A stretch of 54,420 nt of DNA from Pseudonocardiales bacterium (GTDB lineage: Bacteria; Actinomycetota; Actinomycetes; Mycobacteriales; Pseudonocardiaceae). Positions within the stretch are counted from its first letter, which is position 1. Every line of letters begins with the position of its first letter. The stretch spans positions 1 through 54,420 of the forward strand of contig JAPLAT010000213.1 of NCBI GenBank assembly GCA_026393175.1. Direction: 5' to 3'. The notes beneath the pieces are model-generated. The model worked only from the letters and a program-made list of their open reading frames with translations, was not told where the DNA came from and ran no database searches. The translations under genes were made by a program, and so were the position numbers. Positions 18,490 through 28,537 of this stretch are shown here, piece after piece.

Positions 18490-19784
18490 GAGGTCTGCTG
18501 AAGGCGTTCCACTCGCGCTCGTCGGCCCTGTTCATCGGGCTCGCGGTGGTGATCCTCTTCGTCGCGTCGGTGATCTTCGCGTTCTCGGCGCAGTACGGCA
18601 TCCCCGGCGCCACGGTGACCATGGTCCGCGCCTCGTTCGACGACGTGGGCGCTCTGCGCCGCGGCGACGACGTGCGGATCGCGAGCGCGCGGGTCGGCAC
18701 CGTCGACGACATCGAGTACTCCGAGGCCCTCGGCGCCGTCGCGGTCCTCAAGCTGGACGGCGAACGGCCGATCTACCGCAACTCCAGCGCGGCCACCGCC
18801 TCGGTCGGCGCCCGCTCCGCGCTCGGGCAGAAGTTCGTCGACCTCGACCCGGGCACGCCCGACGCCGGGCTCCTCGGCGCCGACGAGGTGATCCCGAAGC
18901 GGGTGACCCGCGGTGCGCAGGAGGTCAGCGACCTGTTCAACGTGTTCGACCCGGTCACCCGTACCGCGCTCGGGTCGACCCTTCGCGAGCTCGGCGGTGG
19001 CCTCGCGGGCCGCTCCGAGGATCTGGCCGACGCCTTCCGGACCGCACCCGACCTGCTGCCCGACCTGGGCACGGTGTCCCGGTCCCTGAGCGCCGAGGAC
19101 GGCACCGACCTCGTCGGGCTGCTGCAGTCGGCGGAAACCCTCGCCGGCCGCTTCGCGGGCCGCGAACAGGAGATCGCCTCCCTCATGACGAACCTCAGCA
19201 CCACGCTCGACGCGGTGGCCGTGGACGGGGCCGCGCCGTTCGAACAGACGCTGCAGCAGGCCCCCGGCACGCTGCGCGACGTCCGCGGCGCGCTGGACAC
19301 GCTCAACGGGCCGCTCGCCGACACCCGCCTCGCCGTGACCGACCTGCGGCCCGGAGCCGAGGCGCTCGGTGCGGCCACCCCGGACGTGCGCGGAGTCCTG
19401 CGCGAGGCCGTCACCCCGCTGGACCGGGTGCCCGGGGTCAGCGACGTCGCCGAGCCCGCGGTCGTCGACCTCACCGGGCTGATGTCCGACGCGAGGCCGC
19501 TCACCCCGCGGCTGGTGCAGACCCTGCGCGATGCCGCGCCCCTGCTCGCCGACGTGGCACCGTTCTCCCCGGAGATCTCGCACTTCTTCACCAACGCGAC
19601 GAGCGCTCTGAGCGGCGGGGACGCGGCCGGGCACTGGCTGCGGTTCTTCCCGATCGTCTCGGCCGAGACGGCGTCCGGAATCCTGCCGGTCGAGGACCCC
19701 ACCGTCGCCCGCAACGGCGACCCCGAGCCCGGCGAGCTCGAGACCGACCGCAAGCCGCTGCCACTGCTGGGAGAGCGCAACTGA
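18486..19784 (+). CDS. Mce/MlaD protein 3 (operon 1)
   Basis: LRRGDDVRIAS and SALGQKFVDL motifs. Confidence 0.9.
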   Translation: MRGLLKAFHSRSSALFIGLAVVILFVASVIFAFSAQYGIPGATVTMVRASFDDVGALRRGDDVRIASARVGTVDDIEYSEALGAVAVLKLDGERPIYRNSSAATASVGARSALGQKFVDLDPGTPDAGLLGADEVIPKRVTRGAQEVSDLFNVFDPVTRTALGSTLRELGGGLAGRSEDLADAFRTAPDLLPDLGTVSRSLSAEDGTDLVGLLQSAETLAGRFAGREQEIASLMTNLSTTLDAVAVDGAAPFEQTLQQAPGTLRDVRGALDTLNGPLADTRLAVTDLRPGAEALGAATPDVRGVLREAVTPLDRVPGVSDVAEPAVVDLTGLMSDARPLTPRLVQTLRDAAPLLADVAPFSPEISHFFTNATSALSGGDAAGHWLRFFPIVSAETASGILPVEDPTVARNGDPEPGELETDRKPLPLLGERN

Positions 19785-21100
19785 TGGCCGCCATCGACTC
19801 GCTGCGGCGCCGCAGGCCGCTGTCCCCGCTGGGGATCGGGATCGTCGTCGTGATCGTCCTGCTGGTTCTCGGGGTCGCGCTGTTCGCCAAGGCGCAGATC
19901 CTGACGACGCTGAGCCCGGGCGACACGATCCGGGCGAACTTCGCCGAGGACTACCGGATGCGGCCGTACCAGACCGTCGTCAAGATCGCCGGGGTTCCGG
20001 TGGGCCTCGTCACCGGCGTCGAGCGGGCCGACGACGGCTCCGCGCTGATCTCCATGAAGCTGGACCCGGGGGAGAAGGACAAGCTCGGCTCGGCTCCGTC
20101 GGCGGCGATCCGCCCGACCACCCTGCTCGGGGGCAACTACTACCTGGAACTCGAGCCCGGTGGTGACCGCGGCCCTCTGCGGGGCGACATCCCCCTGGCG
20201 CTCACCGAGCTCCCGGTGGAGCTCGACAAGGTGGCGCTGGCGCTGCAGCCCGACGCGCTCGCCGGTCTGCAGAACACCACGGGGTACCTGGACGAGACGC
20301 TGTCGTCGGGCGGGTCGGAGGCGTTGCGCGATCTCGCGCGGACCGCGCCCGGCACGCTGGGCCCGGCCGCGGGCGTGCTGAGCTCCGCGCTCGGCACCCG
20401 GCCCGAGACCGACCTGACCGAGCTGGTGCAGGGTCTGGAGTCCGCGTCCCGCGCCCTGTCGGAGACCAACGGCCAGCTCGACGACGTCGTGATCGGCCTC
20501 GACTCGCTGTCCGGGGTGCTCGACCGGCGCGGCGGGGACATCGCCGAGTCGCTGCGGGGCATGCCGGAGACCCTGCGGATCGCCACCACCGGTCTGCAGG
20601 ACCTCGACGGCACGCTGGCCGAGCTGCGCGACACGGCCGGTCCCGCCCTGCCGATCGTCGAGGAGCTCGACGACCTCCTCGAGAGCGCCGACCCGGTGCT
20701 GGCGGAGGCCCGCCCCGCCGTCGCCGACCTCCGCGCGCTGCTCGTCGACGCCCGCCCGCTGGTGGACGGTCTGATCCCGGCGACAGAGGAACTGACGACG
20801 GTGCTGGACAACCTGGAAGGTCCGGTTCTCGACCGGGTCAACGGTCCCGTGCTCGACACGGTGAACTCGGGCTTCACCGGCACCGGTCCCTACGAGGGCG
20901 GTGGTGGGGAGAACCCGCTCTACACCGAGCTCGGCTACATGGTGACCAACCTCGACAGCGCCTCGGCGCTCACCGACGAGAACGGCGCCGTCATCGGCTT
21001 CAACCCCGGCGTGAACGGCGGCAGCGTCGCCGGCCTGCCCGGGGTCAGCGTGGAGCAGCTGTTCGCCAACCTCGCTCAGTTCCAGGAGATCCAGCGATGA
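19784..21100 (+). CDS. Mce/MlaD protein 4 (operon 1)
   Basis: Start at the TGATG overlap (19784). VKIAGVPVG and TLLGGNYYLEL motifs. Confidence 0.9.
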   Translation: MAAIDSLRRRRPLSPLGIGIVVVIVLLVLGVALFAKAQILTTLSPGDTIRANFAEDYRMRPYQTVVKIAGVPVGLVTGVERADDGSALISMKLDPGEKDKLGSAPSAAIRPTTLLGGNYYLELEPGGDRGPLRGDIPLALTELPVELDKVALALQPDALAGLQNTTGYLDETLSSGGSEALRDLARTAPGTLGPAAGVLSSALGTRPETDLTELVQGLESASRALSETNGQLDDVVIGLDSLSGVLDRRGGDIAESLRGMPETLRIATTGLQDLDGTLAELRDTAGPALPIVEELDDLLESADPVLAEARPAVADLRALLVDARPLVDGLIPATEELTTVLDNLEGPVLDRVNGPVLDTVNSGFTGTGPYEGGGGENPLYTELGYMVTNLDSASALTDENGAVIGFNPGVNGGSVAGLPGVSVEQLFANLAQFQEIQR

Positions 21101-22359
21101 GCACAACCAGTCGGGCGCCGGGACGGCTCGCCGTTCTGTGGGCGCGCACGCGCAGCGAGCCCGGCCTGTTCCGCAACGTCGCCATCATGGCGGCCCTGGT
21201 CGTACTGGGCACGGCCGTCGGTGGCTACATCCTGAGCCAGCAGCGGTTCAACCCACCGTGGCAGGCCGACCTGATCTTCGACGCCACGTTCGAGGCGACC
21301 CCGGCGATCAGCCCGGGCAACGGGCAGGAGGTGCGGATCGCCGGCGTCGCGGTCGGGGACATCCGGGAGGCGTCGGTGTCCGACGACGGCAACGCGGTGC
21401 TCACCCTGGCCGTCTCGGAGGACTACCCGGTCTACGACAACGCCCGCGTCGTGCTCCGGCCGAAGAGCCCGCTCAACGAGATGTACGTGGAGATCGACCC
21501 GGGCGGTCCGCCCGGGGTGCCGCTGGAGGACGGGGACGTGCTCCCGGTCGGGCGGTCGACGGCGCCGGTGCAGATCGACGCCGTGACCGGGCACCTGGAC
21601 GACAACGCCCGCTACGCGCTGACCAGCCTCCTCTCGGAGTCCGACACGGCACTGGCCAACGCGCCGTCGACCCTGCCGGACGGGTTGCGAGGCGCCGACG
21701 CGGTGCTGACCGACCTGCAGCCGGTCGTCGCCGAGCTCGACACCCGGCGGGAACGGATCGCCAGCCTGGTCACCGCACTGAGCCGGATCTCCTCGGCGCT
21801 GGGGCGCGACGACGAGCGGATCTCCCGGCTGGCCGACAGCCTGCAGACCACGCTGACGACGGTGGCCGGGCAGAGCGGGCCCCTCGAGGACGCCCTCGGG
21901 CAGCTGCCCGACCTCAACACCCAGCTGCGCGCCGCCACCCTCGGGGTGACGGAGCTCGCCGGGGAGCTCGACCCGGCTCTCGTCGAGATCCGGGAGGCGT
22001 CCGACGTGCTGCCGGACGCGCTGTCGCGTACCGACGACTCGGTCGAGCAGCTGGACACGACCCTCGACGTGCTGACCCCGGTCCTCTCCTCGGCGCGGCC
22101 GGTGGTGGGTGACCTGCGGCCGGTGGTGAGCGACCTCGACGCCGCGCTCGACGACCTGGTCCCCGTCTCCGAGCGCCTGGAGCCGGTGACCGCGGGCCTG
22201 GTCCCGTACCTCACCGACCTGCAGGCCTTCGTCTACAACACGAACTCGGTGGTCAGCCTGCGCGACGCCAACCGCGGGATCCTGCGCGGCCTGCTGCAGG
22301 TGTCGCCGACATCGCTCCCGCTCCCGCTCCAGGGTCTCGCGACCCCGACCCCCCGTTAG
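21097..22359 (+). CDS. Mce/MlaD protein 5 (operon 1)
   Basis: EVRIAGVAVG and PKSPLNEMYVEI motifs. Confidence 0.9.
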   Translation: MSTTSRAPGRLAVLWARTRSEPGLFRNVAIMAALVVLGTAVGGYILSQQRFNPPWQADLIFDATFEATPAISPGNGQEVRIAGVAVGDIREASVSDDGNAVLTLAVSEDYPVYDNARVVLRPKSPLNEMYVEIDPGGPPGVPLEDGDVLPVGRSTAPVQIDAVTGHLDDNARYALTSLLSESDTALANAPSTLPDGLRGADAVLTDLQPVVAELDTRRERIASLVTALSRISSALGRDDERISRLADSLQTTLTTVAGQSGPLEDALGQLPDLNTQLRAATLGVTELAGELDPALVEIREASDVLPDALSRTDDSVEQLDTTLDVLTPVLSSARPVVGDLRPVVSDLDAALDDLVPVSERLEPVTAGLVPYLTDLQAFVYNTNSVVSLRDANRGILRGLLQVSPTSLPLPLQGLATPTPR

Positions 22360-22368
22360 GTACCGACG

Positions 22369-23679
22369 ATGCGCATCCCTCTCGCCCTGGTGCCGATCCT
22401 GCGCACGGTCGTCGTCGCGGGCTTCGTCGCCGCCACCGCCGCGGTGTTCGCGTTCCTCTGGACGAACGCGGGTGGTTCCCTCCCGCTCGTCACCCAGGCC
22501 GGGTACCGGGTGACCCTGGCCATGGACGACGTCGACAACCTCGTGCCGCAGTCCGACGTGCGGCAGGCCGGCGTGGTGATCGGCCGGGTGCAGGACGTCG
22601 AGGTCGAGGACGGGTCGGCGGTGGTCACCCTCGACCTCGACGAGGAGGCGGCCCCGCTGCACGAGGGTGCCGTCGTCACCATCCGGAACAAGACCCTGGT
22701 CGAGGAGACCTACGCCGACGTCACCGACGGCACCGGGCCGGAACTGGCCGACGGCGCGATCCTGCCGGAGGGCTCGGGACGCCCGAGCGTGCAGCTCGAC
22801 GACGTGCTGACCAGCCTCGACCAGCCCACCCGCGAGTCACTCAGCAGCACCATCCAGTCGGCGTCGCTCACCACCGACGGGGCTCGGGAGGAGATCGCGG
22901 ACGCGGTCGCCGGGCTCGGCGCGCTGGGGCGTGAGGGCGGCGACGCCCTGGACGCCCTCGCCGCCCAGTCCGAGGACCTCGCCCAGGTGACCGGGAACAC
23001 CACCCGGCTGCTGCGGGCCCTCGACGTCGGGCAGGGGCGGATCACCGACCTGGTACGGGACGCCGACCGCATCACCCAGGTCGTGACGGACAACCGGGCG
23101 GACCTGGAGGCCGTGCTGCGCGAGCTCCCCGGGGTGCTGACCTCGGCGCAGAACGCCAGTGGCTCGCTGACGACACTGGCCGGTTCGCTGGCCCCGGTGG
23201 CGGCGAACCTGGAGGCCGCCGCACCGGACGTCGCCGCCGCGCTCCGGGAGCTCCCGGAAACCTCCGCGGACCTGCGCGGCCTGCTGCCGTCGTTGGACAC
23301 CGCGCTCGAGCGCGCGCCGGACACCCTCGTGCGGGTGGAGGGGTTCAGCGACGCCACCCGTGAGCTGATCCCGACCTTGCAGGTCAACCTGTCCGACCTC
23401 AACCCGACGCTCGGGTACCTGCGGCCCTACGGCAAGGACACGGCCCTGTGGTTCGCGGGTCTCTCGCAGACCCTGGGTGTGTCGGCCGACGGCAACGGCA
23501 CCGCCCTGCGGGCGTTCGTGGTGGTCAACGAGAAGTCGGTCAACCAGCCGCTGGACACCCAGTTCGGCCCGCTGGAGAAGTACAACCCGTACCCCGAGGC
23601 GGGCGCCAACTCCGACCCGCGTCGCAGCTTCGAGGGCCCCTACCCGAGGATCGAGGAGGAGCCGGTCCCGGAGAACTGA
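22369..23679 (+). CDS. Mce/MlaD protein 6 (operon 1)
   Basis: SDVRQAGVVIG and KTLVEETYADV motifs. Confidence 0.9.
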   Translation: MRIPLALVPILRTVVVAGFVAATAAVFAFLWTNAGGSLPLVTQAGYRVTLAMDDVDNLVPQSDVRQAGVVIGRVQDVEVEDGSAVVTLDLDEEAAPLHEGAVVTIRNKTLVEETYADVTDGTGPELADGAILPEGSGRPSVQLDDVLTSLDQPTRESLSSTIQSASLTTDGAREEIADAVAGLGALGREGGDALDALAAQSEDLAQVTGNTTRLLRALDVGQGRITDLVRDADRITQVVTDNRADLEAVLRELPGVLTSAQNASGSLTTLAGSLAPVAANLEAAAPDVAAALRELPETSADLRGLLPSLDTALERAPDTLVRVEGFSDATRELIPTLQVNLSDLNPTLGYLRPYGKDTALWFAGLSQTLGVSADGNGTALRAFVVVNEKSVNQPLDTQFGPLEKYNPYPEAGANSDPRRSFEGPYPRIEEEPVPEN

Positions 23680-23696
23680 CGGCGATGTCGTACGCG

Positions 23697-23727
23697 GGGG
23701 AGGTCCGGGGGATCCCCGGGCCTCCCC
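23697..23727 (+). terminator. Intercistronic stem-loop
   Basis: GGGGAGGTCCGGGG-gat-CCCCGGGCCTCCCC, 14 bp stem with one G-U pair. Confidence 0.55.
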
Positions 23728-23775
23728 GGCGTGTGTGTGAGGAGAGGGAGCGATGACCGAGTCGAGGTGCACGGC

Positions 23776-26130
23776 GTGACCGGCGACGACGAGACGCCCG
23801 GCCGCCCCCGGTCCACGTTCCCCACCGCCGTCGCGCGCGGCGTCGCGTCCCGTGTCGTGCGGCGGCGGGCCGTGGCGGTGCTGCTGCTGATCGGTGTGGT
23901 CGCGGCCGTGCTCGGCGGGCTGCTCCGGCTGCGGGTCGACACGGGTGTCGAGTCGTTCGTCGCCGCCGACGACCCGGCGGCCCGCGCCCTCGCCGAGGTC
24001 GGGTCCTCGTTCGGCGGTGACCCCGTGGTGGTGCTGTTGGAGTCCGCCGAGCCGCGGTCGCTGCTCTCCGCCGACTCGCTCCCGGCCCTGCTGCAGCTGG
24101 AAGGCGCGCTGTCGCGCACCCCGGACGTCGCCTCGGTCTACGGTCCGGCGACCGTGCTCAACCAGGTGGCGGCGCGGGCCCAGGAGCTGCTCGCCGAGCT
24201 GTCGGGCTACCGCGACGGCGTCCGGGCGGCCGCCGCCGAGGAGGCCGCGTCGAGCGGCGCGTCCCCCGCAGCGGCGGAGGAGGCCGCCCGGCGGGCCGTG
24301 GCGGAGTTCGACCAGCGCTACGGCGCCCTCATCGTCCAGGGACTCCCGGCCGGGCTCCCGACGCTGCGCAACCAGCAGTTCGTCGACTCGGTGATCTTCG
24401 ACGAGGCGGGGGAGCCCCGGCCTCGATGGCGCTTCGTGGCGCCCGAGGCGTCCGCCGCGGTCGTGCTGGTCCGGCCGCGCCAGGACCTCGAGCAGTCCGG
24501 GCTGGAACGCCTCGTCGCCGATGTCCGGGCGACGGTCGACGCCTCGGGACTCGACGTCGAGCGGGTCACCGTGTCGGGCGTGCCGACCGTCGCCGCGGCG
24601 CTGGGCGAGCGGGTGCGGACCGAGGTGCCCCTGCTCGGCACGGTGGCGCTGTTCGCCGTCGGCGCATGGTTCCTGGCGATGCGATGGACCGGCCTGCGGC
24701 ACCGCGCCCTGCCGCTCGTGGCCACCGCGGTGGCCACGTCGCTCACACTGAGCGCGTTCGGCTGGGCCGACCGGCCGCTCTCGCTCGGGGTCATCGCGTT
24801 CCTGCCCGTGCTCATCGGGGTGGGCAGCGACTTCACGACCTACCTGGCCACCGGCACATCGCGCCGGCTGGTCCTGGTCGTCGGCGCGGCCACGGCGGCG
24901 AGCTTCGGCGCGCTCGCCGCGAGCCCGATCCCGACCGTCGCGGACCTGGGGGTGACCCTCGCCGTCGGGATCGCGGTCGCGGTGCTCACCGGCCTGGCCG
25001 TCACCTGGCGGCAGCGCGCCGGGCTGCCGGCACCGGCGGCGGTCCCGCCCGAGCCCGCCGGATCGGGCCCGTCCGTGGCACCGCGCCGCCGGCCGTGGGC
25101 GCGCGTCGCGGCCGGGGTTCTCGCCGTGTCCCTCGCCGCGCTGGGCTGGGCGGGGCTCGGCGACCTCCCCCTGCGCGCGGACCTCCAGGGGTTCGCGGGC
25201 GGGCTGCCCGTCCTCGACGACGCCGACCGCGTCGAGGACGTGCTGGGATCCAGCGGGGAGTTCACGATCGCACTCTCCGGCGGCGGCGTCGCGACCCCGG
25301 AGGCGCTCGCCTGGATGCGTGCCGCGGACGAGGCCGTGATCACCGCGGAGGGCGACCGGCTGCGTCGGATCATCTCGCCCCCGGCCCTGCTCGGGTTCCT
25401 CGGCGCGGAGCCCACCGACGGCCAGCTGGAGTCCGCCCTGCGGCTGCTTCCCCGGTACCTGACCAGCAGCGTCGTCAACTCGGACCGGTCGCTGGCCGTG
25501 ATGACCTACGGGACCCGGCTGGACGACGCGGAGCAGCTGCTCGACCTGCGCGAGTCGGTGCGCTCGGTGCTCCCGCCGCCGCCCCGTGGCATGGAGGTGG
25601 CCGTGACGGGCCTGCCCATGGTCGCGGTCGGCTCGTACGAGCAGATCTCCGCCGACCGGTACCTGTCCAACCTCGCCGGGATCGTGGTGGCCGGGCTGGT
25701 GCTCGCGATCGGCCTGCGCCGGCGTGCCGACGCGCTGCTGGCGGTCGCCGCAGCGGCGCTGGCGACGGGTCTCGGGCTGCTCGCCGTGTGGATCAGCGGT
25801 ATCGGGCTGACCCCGGTCACGGTGGCCATCGGATCGTTGACGGCCGCCGTCGGCTGCGAGTTCACGGTGCTGTCGGCGGAGGCGGCACGGCGGGGCGACC
25901 GGTCCCTGCGTCGCGCGGTCGTCCTCGCGGCCGCCGCGTCCGCCACGGGCTACGCCGTGCTCGTCCTCTCCCAGCTGTCCGTCGTGGCGGAGTTCGGGGT
26001 GCTCCTGGCGCTGTCGGTCGGGGTCGCCTACGGGTCTGCCGTGTTCGTCGTCTGGGCGACCCGAACCCCGGGAGCCCTGCCCGCGTTGAGCAGGGTGGAC
26101 CGTGACGAGCGTCTCGTGGGAGTGCGATGA
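23776..26130 (+). CDS. MMPL/RND-superfamily membrane protein
   Basis: Twice-repeated TM + extracytoplasmic domain + 5 TM layout. LIGVGSDF and AVGCEF in the TM4/TM10 positions. Start GTG23776 is inferred. Confidence 0.82.
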   Translation: MTGDDETPGRPRSTFPTAVARGVASRVVRRRAVAVLLLIGVVAAVLGGLLRLRVDTGVESFVAADDPAARALAEVGSSFGGDPVVVLLESAEPRSLLSADSLPALLQLEGALSRTPDVASVYGPATVLNQVAARAQELLAELSGYRDGVRAAAAEEAASSGASPAAAEEAARRAVAEFDQRYGALIVQGLPAGLPTLRNQQFVDSVIFDEAGEPRPRWRFVAPEASAAVVLVRPRQDLEQSGLERLVADVRATVDASGLDVERVTVSGVPTVAAALGERVRTEVPLLGTVALFAVGAWFLAMRWTGLRHRALPLVATAVATSLTLSAFGWADRPLSLGVIAFLPVLIGVGSDFTTYLATGTSRRLVLVVGAATAASFGALAASPIPTVADLGVTLAVGIAVAVLTGLAVTWRQRAGLPAPAAVPPEPAGSGPSVAPRRRPWARVAAGVLAVSLAALGWAGLGDLPLRADLQGFAGGLPVLDDADRVEDVLGSSGEFTIALSGGGVATPEALAWMRAADEAVITAEGDRLRRIISPPALLGFLGAEPTDGQLESALRLLPRYLTSSVVNSDRSLAVMTYGTRLDDAEQLLDLRESVRSVLPPPPRGMEVAVTGLPMVAVGSYEQISADRYLSNLAGIVVAGLVLAIGLRRRADALLAVAAAALATGLGLLAVWISGIGLTPVTVAIGSLTAAVGCEFTVLSAEAARRGDRSLRRAVVLAAAASATGYAVLVLSQLSVVAEFGVLLALSVGVAYGSAVFVVWATRTPGALPALSRVDRDERLVGVR

Positions 26131-27527
26131 TGGGCAAGCAGGCTGGCGCGGAGGTCGACGAGGACGCGCGCGACGTGGTCGGTGCGGGCGCGACCCGGTC
26201 GTCGTCCGACGGCGCCGGCTCCCCGGCCGGGGCCGCGCGGGAGCGGGCCGAGCCCGCCGGGGCGGCGCCGGCGGACGGTGCCGTTCCGGAACCCGACGCC
26301 GCCATGGACGACGGCGCAGCGGCGGGCCGGCCGATCGACGACGATGCCGGTTCCGACGGCGCCGGTTCCGAGGATGCCGGAACCGGCGAGCCCGGGACTG
26401 CGGAGCGGGCCGACGCGGACCCGGCCCCGGTCGACCTCGCGGCGGACCCGGTCGACCCCGCCGCGGCGGACGGTGCCGGGGTCCGTCGCCGGCTGCGGCT
26501 GCCCGTCAGTGGCGGACGCCTGGTCGCGGCGGTGGTCGTCGTGGCGCTGCTGGTCGCGGCGTCGGGCGTGTTCTGGTGGCGGGCCACGGCCTTGCCTGCC
26601 GATGCCGCCTACCGCCTCGACGGGCGGGTCGTCACGGTCGACGAGCTCGACCAGCGGCTCGTCGCCCTGCGCGCGCTGTACGGGGTGGAGGCCCCGGACG
26701 ACCCGGCGGCGGCGGACGGATTCCGCCGGGACCTCGCCCGGTCGGTCGTGCTGAGCGACATCCTCGACCGCGAGGCGGCTGACCGCGCGATCGTGGTGGC
26801 CGACAAGCAGGTCACGGACACCCGGGACCGCTACATCGAGGAGCAGTTCGGTGCGGGGGGCCGTGAGGCCTACGTGCAGGCGCTGGCCAACGTCGGGACG
26901 TCCGACGCCGCGGTGCTCGACGAGATCCGCCGCCAACTGACGGTCGGCCGGCTGATGGAAGCGGTCGTCGGTCGGATCGAGATCAGCGACGACGAGCTGC
27001 GCGCGGCGTACGAGGAGCGGCAGGGCCGGCTCGGCACGCCCGAGCGGCGGACCCTGCGCAACATCGTCGTCGAGACCGAGCAGGAAGCCCGGCTCGTCGT
27101 CGACGAGCTCCGGGCGGGCACGCCCTTCGAGCAGGTGGCCGCGGCCCGCAGCCGGGACGCGAGCACGCGGGAGTCGGGCGGGCTGCTCGGTGAGCTCGGC
27201 CGCGCGGAGCTCGAGGGGCCGGTCGGCGAGGCGGCGTTCGCCGTCGCGCCGGGGGAGCTGTACGGGCCGGTGCAGGGCCAGTTCGGCTGGAACGTCGGGC
27301 GGGTGGACGCCGTGACCCCGTTCGTGCCCGCCGGGTTCGACCAGGTGGCCGAGGGTCTGCGGCAGGCGCTGGAGGTGGAACGGGGGATCGCGGTGTGGCG
27401 GGACTGGATCGCCGACCGGCTCCGCGACGCCGACGTGGACTACGCCGAGGAGTACCGTCCTGCCGACCCGGACGCGCCGCCGCCGTTCGGTGCGCCGGCC
27501 GCTCCCGCGCCGGCCGCTCCGCGATGA
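26127..27527 (+). CDS. Membrane-anchored SurA/PpiC-type peptidyl-prolyl isomerase
   Basis: Acidic low-complexity N-terminus, TM, SurA-N-like helices, parvulin pattern FEQVAAARSRD...GGLLG...GPVQGQFGWNV. Confidence 0.85.
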   Translation: MMGKQAGAEVDEDARDVVGAGATRSSSDGAGSPAGAARERAEPAGAAPADGAVPEPDAAMDDGAAAGRPIDDDAGSDGAGSEDAGTGEPGTAERADADPAPVDLAADPVDPAAADGAGVRRRLRLPVSGGRLVAAVVVVALLVAASGVFWWRATALPADAAYRLDGRVVTVDELDQRLVALRALYGVEAPDDPAAADGFRRDLARSVVLSDILDREAADRAIVVADKQVTDTRDRYIEEQFGAGGREAYVQALANVGTSDAAVLDEIRRQLTVGRLMEAVVGRIEISDDELRAAYEERQGRLGTPERRTLRNIVVETEQEARLVVDELRAGTPFEQVAAARSRDASTRESGGLLGELGRAELEGPVGEAAFAVAPGELYGPVQGQFGWNVGRVDAVTPFVPAGFDQVAEGLRQALEVERGIAVWRDWIADRLRDADVDYAEEYRPADPDAPPPFGAPAAPAPAAPR

Positions 27528-27742
27528 CCGCCGCCGTCGACCTGGTGGCGTCGGTGGTGCTCGGCGGCATGGTGTTCCTGGTCGGGCTGTGGGGCAGGCG
27601 CAACGCCGACTCGCTCCTGCCGCCCACCCTCCCGGAGCGGGACAGGGCACGCCGGGCCTCCGTCCACCGACGGGGGGCGCGGGCGTGCCAGGTCGTCGGC
27701 GTGCTGCTCGTCGGTGCCGGACTGCTGTCCGTGCTGTGGTGA
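27524..27742 (+). CDS. 72-aa two-TM membrane protein
   Basis: ATGA-coupled to the PPIase. Two hydrophobic helices around a basic loop. Confidence 0.7.
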   Translation: MTAAVDLVASVVLGGMVFLVGLWGRRNADSLLPPTLPERDRARRASVHRRGARACQVVGVLLVGAGLLSVLW

Positions 27743-27794
27743 GATCCGTGCCGGTGGACGAACCGGTGCGGCCGCGCCGGCCGAACCACGCGTC

Positions 27795-28526
27795 ATGGTG
27801 GTGGACCGGAGCGGCGGGGTCACCGTGATCAGGCCTGGGCAGCGCCGGGCGAGCGACCCGGCGCGCATCCACTTCGAGGAGGGCCGCCTCTCCGCGGTTC
27901 TCGTCGACGACCACGAGCTCGTGCTCGAGGGGCTCGAGCGGACGCTCGCCCGGGACGCGATCGACGTCGTCGGCGCCTTCCTCGACGGGCAGGGCGCGCT
28001 GGACTACCTGTCCGGCGCGACCGCGGGCCCCACGCGGGTCGACCTCGCCATCGTCGACCTGCGGCTGGGGGATCGCTCCGGCCTGAGCCTGGTCGAGCAG
28101 GTGCGCAGCCTGCGCCCTGATGTCCGGGTCGCGATGTTGACGAGCTTCGAGGACCGGTCGGCCGCGGTATCGGCCGTGCGGGCCGGCGCCACCGGGTTCT
28201 TTCTCAAGGACTCCTCCTGCGGTGAGTTGTCGGCCGGCCTGCGCAGGGTGGCCGAAGGACACCTCGTCATCGACTCCCGGCTCGCGGCAGCCGTGCTGAA
28301 CGGTGAGCGCGACCGCCGCCTCACCGAGCACGAGCTGTCGATCGTGGAGCTCGTGGCCGAGGGGATGACGAACCGCCAGATCGGCGCCGAGCTCCACCTG
28401 TCGGCCTACACCGTCAAGGAGTACCTCTCCCGGGTGATGCGCAAGCTCGGGACCACGACCCGCGCCGAGACCGTCGTGCGTGCCGTGCGGGAGGGCCTGC
28501 TGCCGGACCGCGAGCCGGGTGTGTGA
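27795..28526 (+). CDS. NarL/LuxR-family response regulator
   Basis: VLVDDH, VDLRL (phospho-Asp), LTSF, FFLKD and HTH GMTNRQIGAELHLSAYTVKEY. Start uncertain. Confidence 0.93.
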   Translation: MVVDRSGGVTVIRPGQRRASDPARIHFEEGRLSAVLVDDHELVLEGLERTLARDAIDVVGAFLDGQGALDYLSGATAGPTRVDLAIVDLRLGDRSGLSLVEQVRSLRPDVRVAMLTSFEDRSAAVSAVRAGATGFFLKDSSCGELSAGLRRVAEGHLVIDSRLAAAVLNGERDRRLTEHELSIVELVAEGMTNRQIGAELHLSAYTVKEYLSRVMRKLGTTTRAETVVRAVREGLLPDREPGV

Positions 28527-28537
28527 GGACGTCAGGC

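Noticed and set aside
18413-19783. Apparent giant N-terminal extensions or fusions in the ORF track (also 30811, 35129, 40533, 46815, 49513)
   Set aside because: Stop-free upstream frames overlapping the previous gene. The real starts lie at ATGA/GTGA/TGATG overlaps or after clear RBSs.
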